DNA of 63,240 nt, counting the filler, from Octopus bimaculoides (Eukaryota), in assembly GCF_001194135.2 (NCBI RefSeq). It is 7 parts of 7 records of this genome, joined end to end, with 100 filler letters (N's around TTAATTAATTAA, not from the genome) between each part and the next. Parts side by side here need not be neighbours in the genome. Positions count along the whole stretch, not along the records: positions 1 to 28,848 come from NC_068988.1; positions 28,949 to 36,157 come from NC_068998.1; 5 more parts are not named here. One strand, given 5' to 3'. This document shows, in pieces, positions 24,615-35,691 of the stretch. The notes beneath the pieces were generated by a model. That model saw nothing but the letters and a program-made list of their open reading frames with translations, was not told the DNA's origin and ran no database searches. The position numbers were made by a program, and so were the translations under genes. Each line of letters opens with the position of its first letter. Position 1 is the first letter of the stretch.

Positions 24615-25591
24615 TCTATCGCTATTGTTTTCAGTTTAAGTTCAATCGCTATTGTTTTCAGTTTAAGTTCAATCGCTATTGTTTTCACTATAAGTTTTCA
24701 TTCGCTATTTAAAAACATCCAGTTACCCAGTTATTTTCATTGTTTACTATCTTCTGCACCCGTGTATTTCTGTAAACGGATATAATCATGCCTAGAAGGA
24801 AAGTGTTAAATTTGTCTACAATGTTAAGGTGAACCAAAAGAATGTCTCTGTCCAGAGACTGTATACTACAAAACCAGCGCATCTCAAAGTGATGAACAGA
24901 GGTATGCACGGCTGACAAGGAAGAGGATCTCCACTGCAGAACGAAGTGCAGTTGCAACAACTCGGAGAAGCAACTTCCATGAAGCAGCTTTCAATTATGA
25001 TCCAACTGAGTGCATACATTGTAAAGCAAAGAAATATTCTGGAGAGAGACCTGCACTGTGCTGCAGTGATGGAAGAGCTAAACTCCCTGCAATCCCCAAA
25101 CCTCCAGAGCCATTGAAGAAACTGTTGTCATCACCTGACCAAGATTCCAAGTACTTCCAAAACAAAATTAGACAATACCACGCTGCACTACAGAGCACAT
25201 TATTTGGAGCCACAAGAGACTTAAACGAGCCAGGTTTCATGCAAACTTTCAACATCCAAGGTCAGATTTATCATCGGATTGGCTCTCTACTACCTGTGTC
25301 AAATGAATCACCAAAATCGGCCATTCATTGTTTATAATCTGTACCTGTTTTATGGTTACGAAATAAGCTACACAAAACGTGTTTTTGAATTACGTGTATT
25401 TACTTTATATACACGTATGAGTTGAAAACTTTCTTTCAACATTTCCCTTGATGTTCATGTTCCATGTTGGTATAGGTTGAAGAGCTATTAAGGTAGAAAA
25501 CTGGTATCTCAGCTACTAGCAGTTGAGACCCGCGTAATCTAGACGGCGTTTTAAAATAAAATTTCAGTGTTCTTTTAACCCGGGCAACACC
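24615..25591 (+). mobile_element. Non-autonomous Helitron retaining the N-terminal zinc-finger region of RepHel
   Basis: Frame ~24823-25337: AFNYDPTECIHCKAKKYSGERPALCCSDGRAKLP...PPEPLKKLL...KIRQYHAALQSTLFGA...GFMQTFNIQGQIYHRIGSLLP; 27-bp repeats at 24618, 24645 and 24672; start of the 3' hairpin ACCCGGGCAACACC is cut by the gap. Confidence 0.9.
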
Positions 25592-26328
25592 NNNNNNNNN
25601 NNNNNNNNNNNNNNNNNNNNNNNNNNNNNNNNNNNNNNNNNNNNNNNNNNNNNNNNNNNNNNNNNNNNNNNNNNNNNNNNNNNNNNNNNNNNNNNNNNNN
25701 NNNNNNNNNNNNNNNNNNNNNNNNNNNNNNNNNNNNNNNNNNNNNNNNNNNNNNNNNNNNNNNNNNNNNNNNNNNNNNNNNNNNNNNNNNNNNNNNNNNN
25801 NNNNNNNNNNNNNNNNNNNNNNNNNNNNNNNNNNNNNNNNNNNNNNNNNNNNNNNNNNNNNNNNNNNNNNNNNNNNNNNNNNNNNNNNNNNNNNNNNNNN
25901 NNNNNNNNNNNNNNNNNNNNNNNNNNNNNNNNNNNNNNNNNNNNNNNNNNNNNNNNNNNNNNNNNNNNNNNNNNNNNNNNNNNNNNNNNNNNNNNNNNNN
26001 NNNNNNNNNNNNNNNNNNNNNNNNNNNNNNNNNNNNNNNNNNNNNNNNNNNNNNNNNNNNNNNNNNNNNNNNNNNNNNNNNNNNNNNNNNNNNNNNNNNN
26101 NNNNNNNNNNNNNNNNNNNNNNNNNNNNNNNNNNNNNNNNNNNNNNNNNNNNNNNNNNNNNNNNNNNNNNNNNNNNNNNNNNNNNNNNNNNNNNNNNNNN
26201 NNNNNNNNNNNNNNNNNNNNNNNNNNNNNNNNNNNNNNNNNNNNNNNNNNNNNNNNNNNNNNNNNNNNNNNNNNNNNNNNNNNNNNNNNNNNNNNNNNNN
26301 NNNNNNNNNNNNNNNNNNNNNNNNNNNN

Positions 26329-26380
<52 letters not shown>

Positions 26381-26382
26381 GT

Positions 26383-26780
26383 TAAAGGTAAAGATCTCCT
26401 TCGGTCATGAATATAGTGAGGCCTGGGGGAAAATAGATTGGGTAACATTGGTATAAAAGTTAAAGGTCCCCTTCGGTCGTGAATGACCATGGGATTTTAC
26501 CAAGAAAGTTCCCCTCTGAGGCGCAAGTCGGGGCAAGATTGTTTGTGGAAGACCAGCAATCACCCATGCATACCAGCCTCCTGTCTTCACGACACCGATG
26601 TTATCCAAAGGCCGATACATCTTGGCACCAGTCACATCGCAACTCATTTCTACAGATGAGTGAACAGGAGAAATGTGAAATAAAGTGTCTTCCTCAAGAA
26701 CACAACACACAGCCCGGTCCGTGAATCGAACTCACTACTTCATGATTGTGAACTTGATACCCTAACCACTGAGCTGCATG
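26383..26780 (-). mobile_element. SINE family D, near full length with RTE-like 3' tail
   Basis: tRNA head (CAGCTCAGTGGTTAGGG...GTTCGATTCAC), central GTGTTCTTGAGGAAGACACTTTATTTCAC and a long 3' tail with local duplication of AAAGGT..CCTTCGGTC.TGAAT. Confidence 0.8.
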
Positions 26781-27046
26781 TGTATAAATAAATAAATAAA
26801 TAAATATATATATAAATAAATATATATATTCTTTAAGAATAGTATTGTTAGTGACTTCGAAGTTTCGAAATCATCATCGGACTGTCTGATAATAGCTGTT
26901 GATATTATTCTTGTTAAAGAATAATAAAATTGCACTCTTTCAAATGTATCTTCAATTTATTGTAAAATTATTTTTACTATAACATAAAATAAGCATTAAT
27001 ATATACAAACACACACAGACGCACGCACACGACCCCTCCCCACATA

Positions 27047-27909
27047 TGGGGTCATCCCATAAATAATGCGGTTGTTTCAATTGCAAGAACTAATAGTCCG
27101 AGGAGGACGGGATAAACTACCTGCATCAACTTGCTATAAAAGCAGGTGGTAATTTTACCTTGCCCTTATTTTTAGTGCAAGTTTTGAAGAGTGCAGTTTG
27201 ATTTTAACGGTTATTTTTTCAAAGCTATAATGGAAGTGACAAAGAGCATATTCGGCATATTTTGCTTTTTGAGTTCAATAAAGGCAACAACGCAACGGAA
27301 AGTGCGAGGAATATTAATGTAGTACATGGGGATCGGACATTAAGCGTAATTTCTGGTTCCAGAAATTCCGAGTCGGAAACTACAACCTCGTCCTGGAAGA
27401 TCTGTAGAGCTCGTCGAGGACGTTCTGCAAATCCTGGTGGAACAAAATCTCATCGTAACTGTTGAGGAACTATCACAGAAGCTTGGATTTGGTCATTCAA
27501 CCATTCATCGACACCTGCGCCAGAAGAAAGACGACCATCTTTGGTTTCAAGGCAAGGTGTTCTTCTATCAGGATAATGCTCGGCCACATACAGCGAGGAT
27601 GACATTCCAAAGGCTGGAGCAGTTTGAATATTCGCCGGATAATTCGCCATTTGATTATCATTTATTCCGCAGTCTTCATAATCATTTGGACGGAAAAAAT
27701 ATGAAATATGAAATATATTTTTCGTCACGGACAAGTGAATTTTGGAAGAGGGGCCTTGCAAGTCTACCAGATAGATGGAAGAGCATTGTAGAAGACGAAG
27801 AAGAGTATATTTTAGATTAAAACAGAACCTGGTTTATCTTAAATTTGCAAAATTTGCAAAATTCGCAAAAGAAGTATTAAAAAACCGCATTATTTATGAG
27901 ACGTCGCAA
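27047..27909 (+). mobile_element. mariner (DD34D-type) transposon, internally deleted pseudogene
   Basis: TIRs TGGGGTCATCCCATAAATAATGCGGTT / AACCGCATTATTTATGAGACGTCGCAA with flanking TA; HIRHILLFEFNKGNNATESARNI, TVEELSQKLG, QDNARPHTA, YSPDNSPFDYHLF, RWKSIVE. Confidence 0.93.
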
Positions 27910-28082
27910 TATATATATATATATATACAAAATACAATGTTTATATACCAAAAAAATTTTATAACATTTTTCTGACATAATTTAAATATATACTTTAACC
28001 ATGTAACACAAGCCATCTGTAGTTTTTTCACTCTTATTATCTTTTATACATCCAACCACGTGCTTTCACATACCAACTTTCT

Positions 28083-28122
<40 letters not shown>

Positions 28123-28179
28123 CATATATATATATTTATACATATATATATATATTTATATATATATAGATATTATATA

Positions 28180-28848
28180 CTAGACTACCCGTAATCCGTT
28201 GGGTCACCGAGAAACTCTGACCTTCCCAGCAACAGAGTTTTGTTTCGTGGGTTGGAATGATTTAGCTGCTATTTCTAGCACGCCCTGCTGCCACATAACA
28301 GGTATTTCGGGCCCATTATCGCAAATAGCTGTTATGTGGTAGCAGGGCGTGCTAGAAATAGCAGCTAAATCTTCGGAGGGGAGATACATTAAATGCACTC
28401 GAAAAAATCTATTTCACACTGAGGTTACGAACGGGTCTTTTACGAAATGTTTACCGTATTTTTAAAGTTATTTCCACTTCAAAATATTTGTTAAATATGC
28501 CAAAAGAAATTTTTGTAATGGTATTCACTTGAAAATAATTTTAAAAACATTAAAATATTGTCTGTTTAAAGAAAGCTAAAAATACTGTACAATCAGCTTA
28601 CATTTTTGAAATCACATTCACTTAAAAATATTTGTAAATGACTGAAATATTGTGTTTAACAAAAGCGAAAATAGAAAAAATCGTCTTTTTTTTTTTTCGT
28701 TGTTAACAACTGTCTAACAGAAGGATAAGAGTTTCTTTCCTTTCAGGATGAAGGTTATTTTCGGAATATTTTCCCATTACGCACCGTTTTGGGTTCTTAT
28801 ACCCTGAAAATCTCTAATATCTTGAAAACTACTTTACCGATTTACGCG
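28180..28848 (-). mobile_element. Non-autonomous Helitron-like element, 3' end
   Basis: Minus strand ends ACCCAACGGATTACGGGT-AGT-CTAG|T (subterminal hairpin, CTAG, T flank). Confidence 0.6.
28259..28371. repeat. Near-perfect inverted repeat (43-bp arms)
   Basis: 28259-28301 pairs with 28329-28371 with one G-T wobble; the stem continues into the loop. Confidence 0.95.
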
Positions 28849-28892
28849 NNNNNNNNNNNNNNNNNNNNNNNNNNNNNNNNNNNNNNNNNNNN

Positions 28893-28904
28893 TTAATTAA
28901 TTAA
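28893..28904. other. Assembly linker TTAATTAATTAA in a 100-bp spacer (also 36202, 44061, 48790, 55554, 61964)
   Basis: 44 N + 12-mer + 44 N pattern, repeated six times; the 12-mer is palindromic with stops in all six frames. Confidence 0.95.
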
Positions 28905-29285
28905 NNNNNNNNNNNNNNNNNNNNNNNNNNNNNNNNNNNNNNNNNNNNAGAAGGAGGGGAGGGGAGAGAAGGAGGGGAGGGGAGAGAGCGGGGGGAGAGA
29001 GCGGGGGGAGAGGGAGAGAGAGAGGGGAGGGAGAATAGGAGAGAAAGGTGTGAAAGAGGGAGGGAGAATAGGAGAGGGAGAATAGGAGAGGGAGAGAAAG
29101 AGGGAGAGAGAGTGGGAAAGAGAGAATGAGTGAAAGAGGGAAAGAAAGAAGGGTAGAGAGAGAGGGGAAGGTAATGTGTGTATGGGTGGGTGGTTACGCC
29201 GGCGAAACAGAAAGAGAGAGAGAGAGAGATGATGCAGTGAGGTGGAGGAAGAGAGTGAAATAGAGAGGGAGAAGGCTAGAGCATA

Positions 29286-29323
<38 letters not shown>

Positions 29324-29414
29324 TTTACGCGCGCGCGCGAGAGAGATAGAGTGAGTGAGTGAGAGAGTGAAGGGCAGTGATGAAGAAATTAGAGGAGAAT
29401 GAGGCTTGAAAACG

Positions 29415-29570
29415 GTAAATTTAGCAGCAGCAGCAACAACTACAACAGTAGCAGCAGCAGTAGCAATAGTAGTAGTAGCAGTAGCGGCAGTCGTGGTGGT
29501 GTTGGTGGTTGTAGTAGTAGTAGTAGTGGTGGTGGTAGTCGTAGAGGGAGTAGTAGGGATGAAGGTGGGC
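29415..29570. repeat. (GCA/GTA/GGT) trinucleotide complex microsatellite
   Basis: Direct inspection. Confidence 0.8.
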
Positions 29571-30967
29571 CCTCGGCCTTATGTGTGACGACAGTGATGA
29601 CGGTGGCAGCGAGGGCAATAGTCATGGCTATTTCTAGCAAGTTGAGGGACCAGAGATTTGCTGTCATTTAAGCCTCGCACTAACCCCGGATGTATTTTCC
29701 TATACACGATTAAAGGTGCTCTTGCCATGACCATCTCTTGTTAATCGAACACTGCATCTAAAATTACATGCCTCACTGTGTCTGCCCTATATTAGCACTG
29801 TAGATGGGTAGTTGAGGGAGAACTGGCTACTGTTTCTAACAGAGTAAGTGGTAAACAAACATAAGCTACTATGTTTGGTGATGGTAATGAAAGTGGGTGG
29901 TGGTGGTGTTGGCGGCGGCGGTGGTGGTGGCTGTGGTGCCGTTGTTGGTATGGTGATGATGTTGATGATGGTGACGATATGAGTTTACATGTGTGTATGT
30001 GTATGTATGGATGCGTACGCGTATGTGTGTGTGTGTGTGTGTATGTGTGTGTATGTGTGTGACTGTGTGTGTGTGCGCGCGCGTATGTATGTGTTCTACT
30101 AAAATATTTGCTCGACATGTTAAATGTAATTTTGTCTCGTTCTTTTGCAGCCATTTTTAGAAAAAGATGATGATGATGAAAAAGAAGAGTAACAACGACA
30201 GTAATGAAAACAACAAAACATCATCATCATCACCCCCCCACCCCAAGAGTAAATATCGAAATATCATAATGACTAATCAGGTAACATTACGGATCAGCCC
30301 TCGTACCCACCTCCTCTACTACCACCATCATACATCTTGGAAATCATTTCTGACCCCGTGGAAAAAATAAACAAAAGCAAAAGAAGAAAAAAACAAGGAG
30401 TCACATAAAACTGTGTAAAGCTTCATCTCTGAGGAGGAATGAAGGATCTCTTATCGTGTGTTCGACTGAGATTAGCGTCATGGGACTCCATCCAGCTACG
30501 AAAAGAAACCTCCGACCAAACAGACGCAGGAAAGGAAGGCTCATTATAAATTCAAAATGGCTTCTTCGTTTGTGTGTTTGTCTCCGGACTAAATAGCTTT
30601 ATCGTACCGCTTAGCCTGCCATCGACGTTTCTATGTCCTCAGTTAATTATTCTGGCCAAATACAACATATTCAAGATGAGCAATTGATTGCAAGATAATG
30701 GCAACACTGTTTACCGGTCGTTGTTCTTCCAATTTTCCCGACATCGCTTTCGTTCTTTCCTTCTTTCTTTCCTTCTTTCTTCCGTTATTTGTATGCTTGC
30801 ACTTTTCTCTTTCTTCTTTCTCTTTATTCATTTCGCTAACTTCTGTCGTGCGAACGATAATCGGAAGACGATTATGATAGCAATTATAACAATAATAATA
30901 ACAATTCTTCTTCTTCTTCTTCGTATCGTCATCATCATCGTTGTTGTTGTTGTTGTTATTTTTATTT

Positions 30968-31165
30968 AAGTGGCGAGCTGGGAAAAATGCTTGCGCTCTG
31001 AGTTCGAATTCCGCCGAGGTCGACTTTGCCTTTTATCATTTCGGGGTCGATGAAATTGACTAACCCCTCCCGTAAATTGTAGGCCTTGTGCCTATAGCAC
31101 GAAGGATTCTTCTTATTATTATTAGGCGGTGAGCTGGCAGAATTGTTAGGACGCCGGGCAAAATA
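30968..31165 (+). mobile_element. SINE family C copy (internally deleted) followed by the head of a second copy
   Basis: GGCGAGCTGG...GAGTTCGAATTCCGCCGAGGTCGACTTTGCC...GGCCTTGTGCC...(TTA) then GGCGGTGAGCTGGCAGAATTGTTAG. Confidence 0.75.
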
Positions 31166-31168
31166 GGC

Positions 31169-31211
<43 letters not shown>

Positions 31212-32247
31212 TAGACAAACAGACAGATTGATTGATAGATAGACAGATGGATAGACCCATCGATCGATCGATAGATAGACAGACAGACAGACAGATCGAT
31301 TGATCGATAGATCGATAGATAGATAGATAGAAACCTAAACACGATTTATAATTTTGTGTGGTATCTATGTGGCCAGCTCCATGTTGTACGTATTTGTGAG
31401 TATGAGTATATATATATAAATATGTGTATGTGTATGTGTGTGTGTGTACGTGAGTGTGTGCGTGTGTGTGTGTGTGTGTGTTTGAGTGAGTGTGTGCTTG
31501 AGTATTGTAACTGTGTATATGTTTGCGTTGCCGACACGTGCTTACATATGTATCTGGACGTATTTTTTATACGGAGGCCAATAAATGGAACAATCATTAT
31601 TATTACGACCTTTTACAAATGACGCTGATGGTGGTGGTGGTCTTGGTGGGCGTGGTGGTGGTCGTGGTGGTGGCGTTACAGATTGTAATTGTTGTGGTTG
31701 TTGTTATCTACGGAGTTTGAAACTTATTTCTGATCAATTTGGTTCTCAGCCAGTTGTTGTTTCGGCTCTTACAAACACATTCTTCCTCGTATATATATCT
31801 CTTACTATAACATCAACATCAACACCACAACTACATCTTGCTTCTACCACTACACTATGCACCACCGCCACTACAACCAACACAGTATCTACCTTCACCA
31901 TCACCACCACCATTATTACAAGGACACAAAAGCTACCGCGGCCGACGCCATCATCACCACTACGTATTTAATTTCACCTCTCACCATCACCACATACCGC
32001 GATATTGGCTGAGATTATAAAAATAATAACTTTACTCCAACTTACGACCTTTGGATGGCTGCCATATTGTAACATATGTGTGTGTGTGTCTTTATACATG
32101 TGCGTGTGTGTTTGTGCGCATGTATGTGTGTGCATGTGTTTGTATAACAAGGCGTATGTATGTATATGTATACACGTGTGTGTATGTATACGGGTGTGCG
32201 TATCTGTCTATGCATGTGTGTCTGTGTTTATGTACATGCATCTGTAG

Positions 32248-32291
<44 letters not shown>

Positions 32292-32534
32292 ATAAAAACA
32301 TACAGAGTGTGGTGGATAAATTGTCATTTTATATTTTTAATTTCGCGCATGCACATCGTTTTTTATTTTATCGACTACACAGTATAGAGGGTCAGTTGGG
32401 CACCGTCAGTGAGAAAAACAGCACCATAACGCAATTCACTCTGCCAGAAATAAGGAAACGACATACTGTACTGCTTGACATTCGCGCCAGAAGCTCCAGT
32501 ACGATAGATAGATAGATATAGATAGATAGATAGA

Positions 32535-32690
32535 TAACTTTATTAGCCACACAGGGCCGAACACAGAAGGGACAAAATACAATGTAGAGCTTTTCTTTTC
32601 GAAAGAAAAATGAAGAAAATAGAGAAAAGGAGAAAAAGTTCCGATCAAAAGGGATCGTGTAAAAAAAAAAAAAGGGCGTAAATATACATA
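32535..32690 (-). mobile_element. LINE-type 3' tail fragment, same family as 19958-20150
   Basis: CTTTATTAGCCACACAGGGCCGAACACAGAAGGGACAAAATACAATGTAGAGCTTTTCTTTTCGA. Confidence 0.6.
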
Positions 32691-32759
32691 CGCACGCACA
32701 CACATTGTATGTGTTTATATACGTATGTCTTCATGTATGTGAATATGCATACAGATAAT

Positions 32760-32797
<38 letters not shown>

Positions 32798-33163
32798 CAA
32801 ATGTGTGCATATCTATATTCTTTATTTGTAAACATGTATGTTTATACGCATGCATATATCTAACTATATGTGTATGCAATAATGTGTGTGTATAAATATG
32901 TATATATTCTAACAATGCATGTATGTGACTTTGTAATTAGCGATGTTCATCTGTATATTTGTATATATGTGTCTATATATAACTAACTACTCATGTAAGT
33001 AGTTATGTCCATAAGTATCCCCAAAAGATTAGAAATGTTATCGTATCACAACGTTGAACGAAATGATTCTCAGGTCCCCAGTTAATACACGACGCCATTT
33101 ACTTCAAATGGCAGCCGACAGCATCTACATATCTCTCCCCCTCACTCCCTTTCTCTTTCATTA

Positions 33164-33202
<39 letters not shown>

Positions 33203-33662
33203 GTTGAGGTAGTTAGAGGAAGGGGAATGTTGTTAATAGTTGATAGAGAGAGAGAGAGAGGAAGGAGTTGCTGGATGCAGATAGAAAGAGAGGAAATAAG
33301 AAGAGAGAAAGAGTGAGGCTGGAGGTTGTTGCAGGTAAATATAGGAGGAGAAGAGAGAGGTGTCGGTGGAGGATTGAAGATATTTGCCTCAAATGGAGGA
33401 CAGAAAGGAAATGCAGTGTTCTTAACTGCACTTACGTATGTGTATTTGTATAGATGTGTGTGTGTGTGTCTATGTACGTATGTAATGAGTGATTCAAAAG
33501 TCGCCATACATTTATTTTTTTGTAAGAAACAGTTTATAAAAACAGTTTATTTTTTATTTAACAGTTTTATTTAGCAGTTCCCATTGTTCCGAATACACAT
33601 TGCAATACGTTTACCCCACTCATTGTGAACTCGTAATAGCACATCTGGTGATACCAGTTGTT

Positions 33663-33854
33663 GTTGATACATGGAGACTTTTGAATCACCCTATATATAT
33701 ATATATNNNNNNNNNNNNNNNNNNNNNNNNNNNNNNNNNNNNNNNNNNNNNNNNNNNNNNNNNNNNNNNNNNNNNNNNNNNNNNNNNNNNNNNNNNNNNN
33801 NNNNNNNNNNNNNTACACACACACAGGGTTATTCAAAAGTCTCCATGTATCAAC
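33663..33854. mobile_element. Tc1/mariner-like terminal sequences in inverted orientation around (TA)/(CA) and a gap
   Basis: GTTGATACATGGAGACTTTTGAATCACCCT ... AGGGTTATTCAAAAGTCTCCATGTATCAAC (about 30 bp, 1 mismatch). Confidence 0.65.
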
Positions 33855-33944
33855 ATAGGATTCCCTCACGCAAGAAAGAACAGCTAAGTTCCAAACCACT
33901 ATTAGGGATAACATTTTGAAAGGAATGAAAAATAAAAACATTTA

Positions 33945-34040
33945 CCATCTACTTTCCTTGACCAATGGTTTCTGATTTTATTTTAGCAAATAAAATAATT
34001 TGCTAGGTGAAATTTTCATCAGCAGGTACATCAAGATTAA
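33945..34040 (-). ncRNA. Degenerate type I hammerhead ribozyme
   Basis: CTG-CTGATGA (34022-34016), 8-bp hairpin TAGCAAAT/ATTTGCTA in stem II, GAAA (33972-33969), stem III ACC-ATT-GGT, GUC triplet; basal stem II and the first stem I pair are mismatched. Confidence 0.55.
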
Positions 34041-34061
34041 ACATATATACACTTCGTGTCT

Positions 34062-34232
34062 ATGTTCTGAGTTGAAATTCCAGAGGTCAACTTTGCCTTT
34101 CATCCTTTCTAGGTCGATAAATTTAGTACCAGTTGCGTACTGGGTCAATCTAATCGACTGCCCCACCTCACTCCCCAAACTACTGTTAAGCATTTCGCCC
34201 GGCGTGCTAATGATTCTGCCAGCTGGCCGTCT
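34062..34232 (+). mobile_element. SINE family C body (+) joined to an inverted SINE head (-)
   Basis: GTTCTGAGTTGAAATTCC.AGAGGTCAACTTTGCCTTTCATCC... then TAAGCATTTCGCCCGGCGTGCTAATGATTCTGCCAGCTGGCC. Confidence 0.75.
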
Positions 34233-34429
34233 TAAAGTCATTAAATAATGTCACAGAAAGAGAACTACGTATTTTTTTCTTTCCATGTTGTATTAACAAG
34301 GTACTTTTAAAAGATCTACCTAACCGTCATTGTTTTTACCTCGAGCTCTTAACAAATACACAAGTAACCGATATTATCACGAGCAATGCTTCTTTCCTTA
34401 CAGTCATCTTTATATTTCTCAACTGCTTC

Positions 34430-35194
34430 ACGAACAAAATTCGCTCTTTTGAGACAAAGCATCCGAAGGTGGCGATGTGTTCTATGAAAGGAGATGTTGT
34501 TAAAAATTTATTTGTATTTCGATCTATTAAACGTTTCTTTTATTTCACTATTGTGTTACCTTCTTTTACTCAATTCTTTCTTGCATATATACCTATATAT
34601 TTCAAGGAAGCAATCCATTATTTATTCCAGGCATAAAACAAGGGTTCATGCACAAGCAGTCGATAAATCTATTCAATCAAATACTGCCCTTAATCCCAGG
34701 AAAAAAAAAACAGAGAATAGATTCAAAGCATTTAAAACCGATTATTTAAGTCGATTATTTGAAATCCTTTAGAGAGAGAAAAAATTCCCTTTTCTTCACT
34801 GCAACAAATATACAAATCTAAATATTTACCTCGGTAATTCAATAATTGGAGAAATACATAATCATTGTGTAACCACCAAGAAAACCCTGAACAAGATGAA
34901 ACATCAAATTTATTTTCTTCCATCATTTTTTTCCCAACAAATATTTTCTATTTTATGTACCAAACGCTGACAGATCTTATACCAATGTAATACAATATCC
35001 AGAAGAAAATAGTTGGTTTCTAAACATGATAGCAATTTATATACTTTTCCTTTCAATTCTATGTATCTATTTTCTGAATCTAAACATGGAAGTTCACCAG
35101 TAAACATGGCGCCCCCCCTTTTTTTAATGCTTTGCTTCCATTTTGTAACTGCAAAGTCGCCATCTTGATAAATGTAGAATTGATAATTTGACAT
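34430..35194 (-). pseudogene. Heavily decayed Penelope-like RT plus GIY-YIG remnant
   Basis: FYIYQDGDFAV (resembles F.RY.DD.F), MFTGELPCLD...KVYK (resembles FT.E..LPFLD...VY.K); downstream LKYIG, KKELSKRR*H.SEIK and SPFIEHI across several frames. Confidence 0.55.
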
Positions 35195-35330
35195 GAAAAT
35201 CCGACTCGTTGATGGATAAGAAGGAAATATTTTTGTCGCTCACTTTCACGTCTCATTTCAATTATTAATCAATTGTCAATATTAAAGAGTAATATTCTTA
35301 CAACATTACTCAGTCTACATTTACAAATAC

Positions 35331-35369
<39 letters not shown>

Positions 35370-35691
35370 AGAGAGAGAGAGAGAGAGAGAAAGAGCGCGT
35401 ATGTAGCAAATCATCTGTGAGCGGTTAACTTCCTTTACGGAATCTCAATGATGGACAACTTCAAAACCTTGTGAATATACGATTCATATATTATCATTAG
35501 TGAAATGAATAATAACAATAATAATATAAGTGGCCAGTAAGGAAAATCTGATAAATGACAAATCCAAAATTTTATAGTTAATTTATAATTATAACAGGAC
35601 GCACGAGGTACAATACGGTTAGACAGCAATTTAATTAACACTACAAATGTTTCGATACAACATAGATTCACTTATACACAGGGTTATATAT

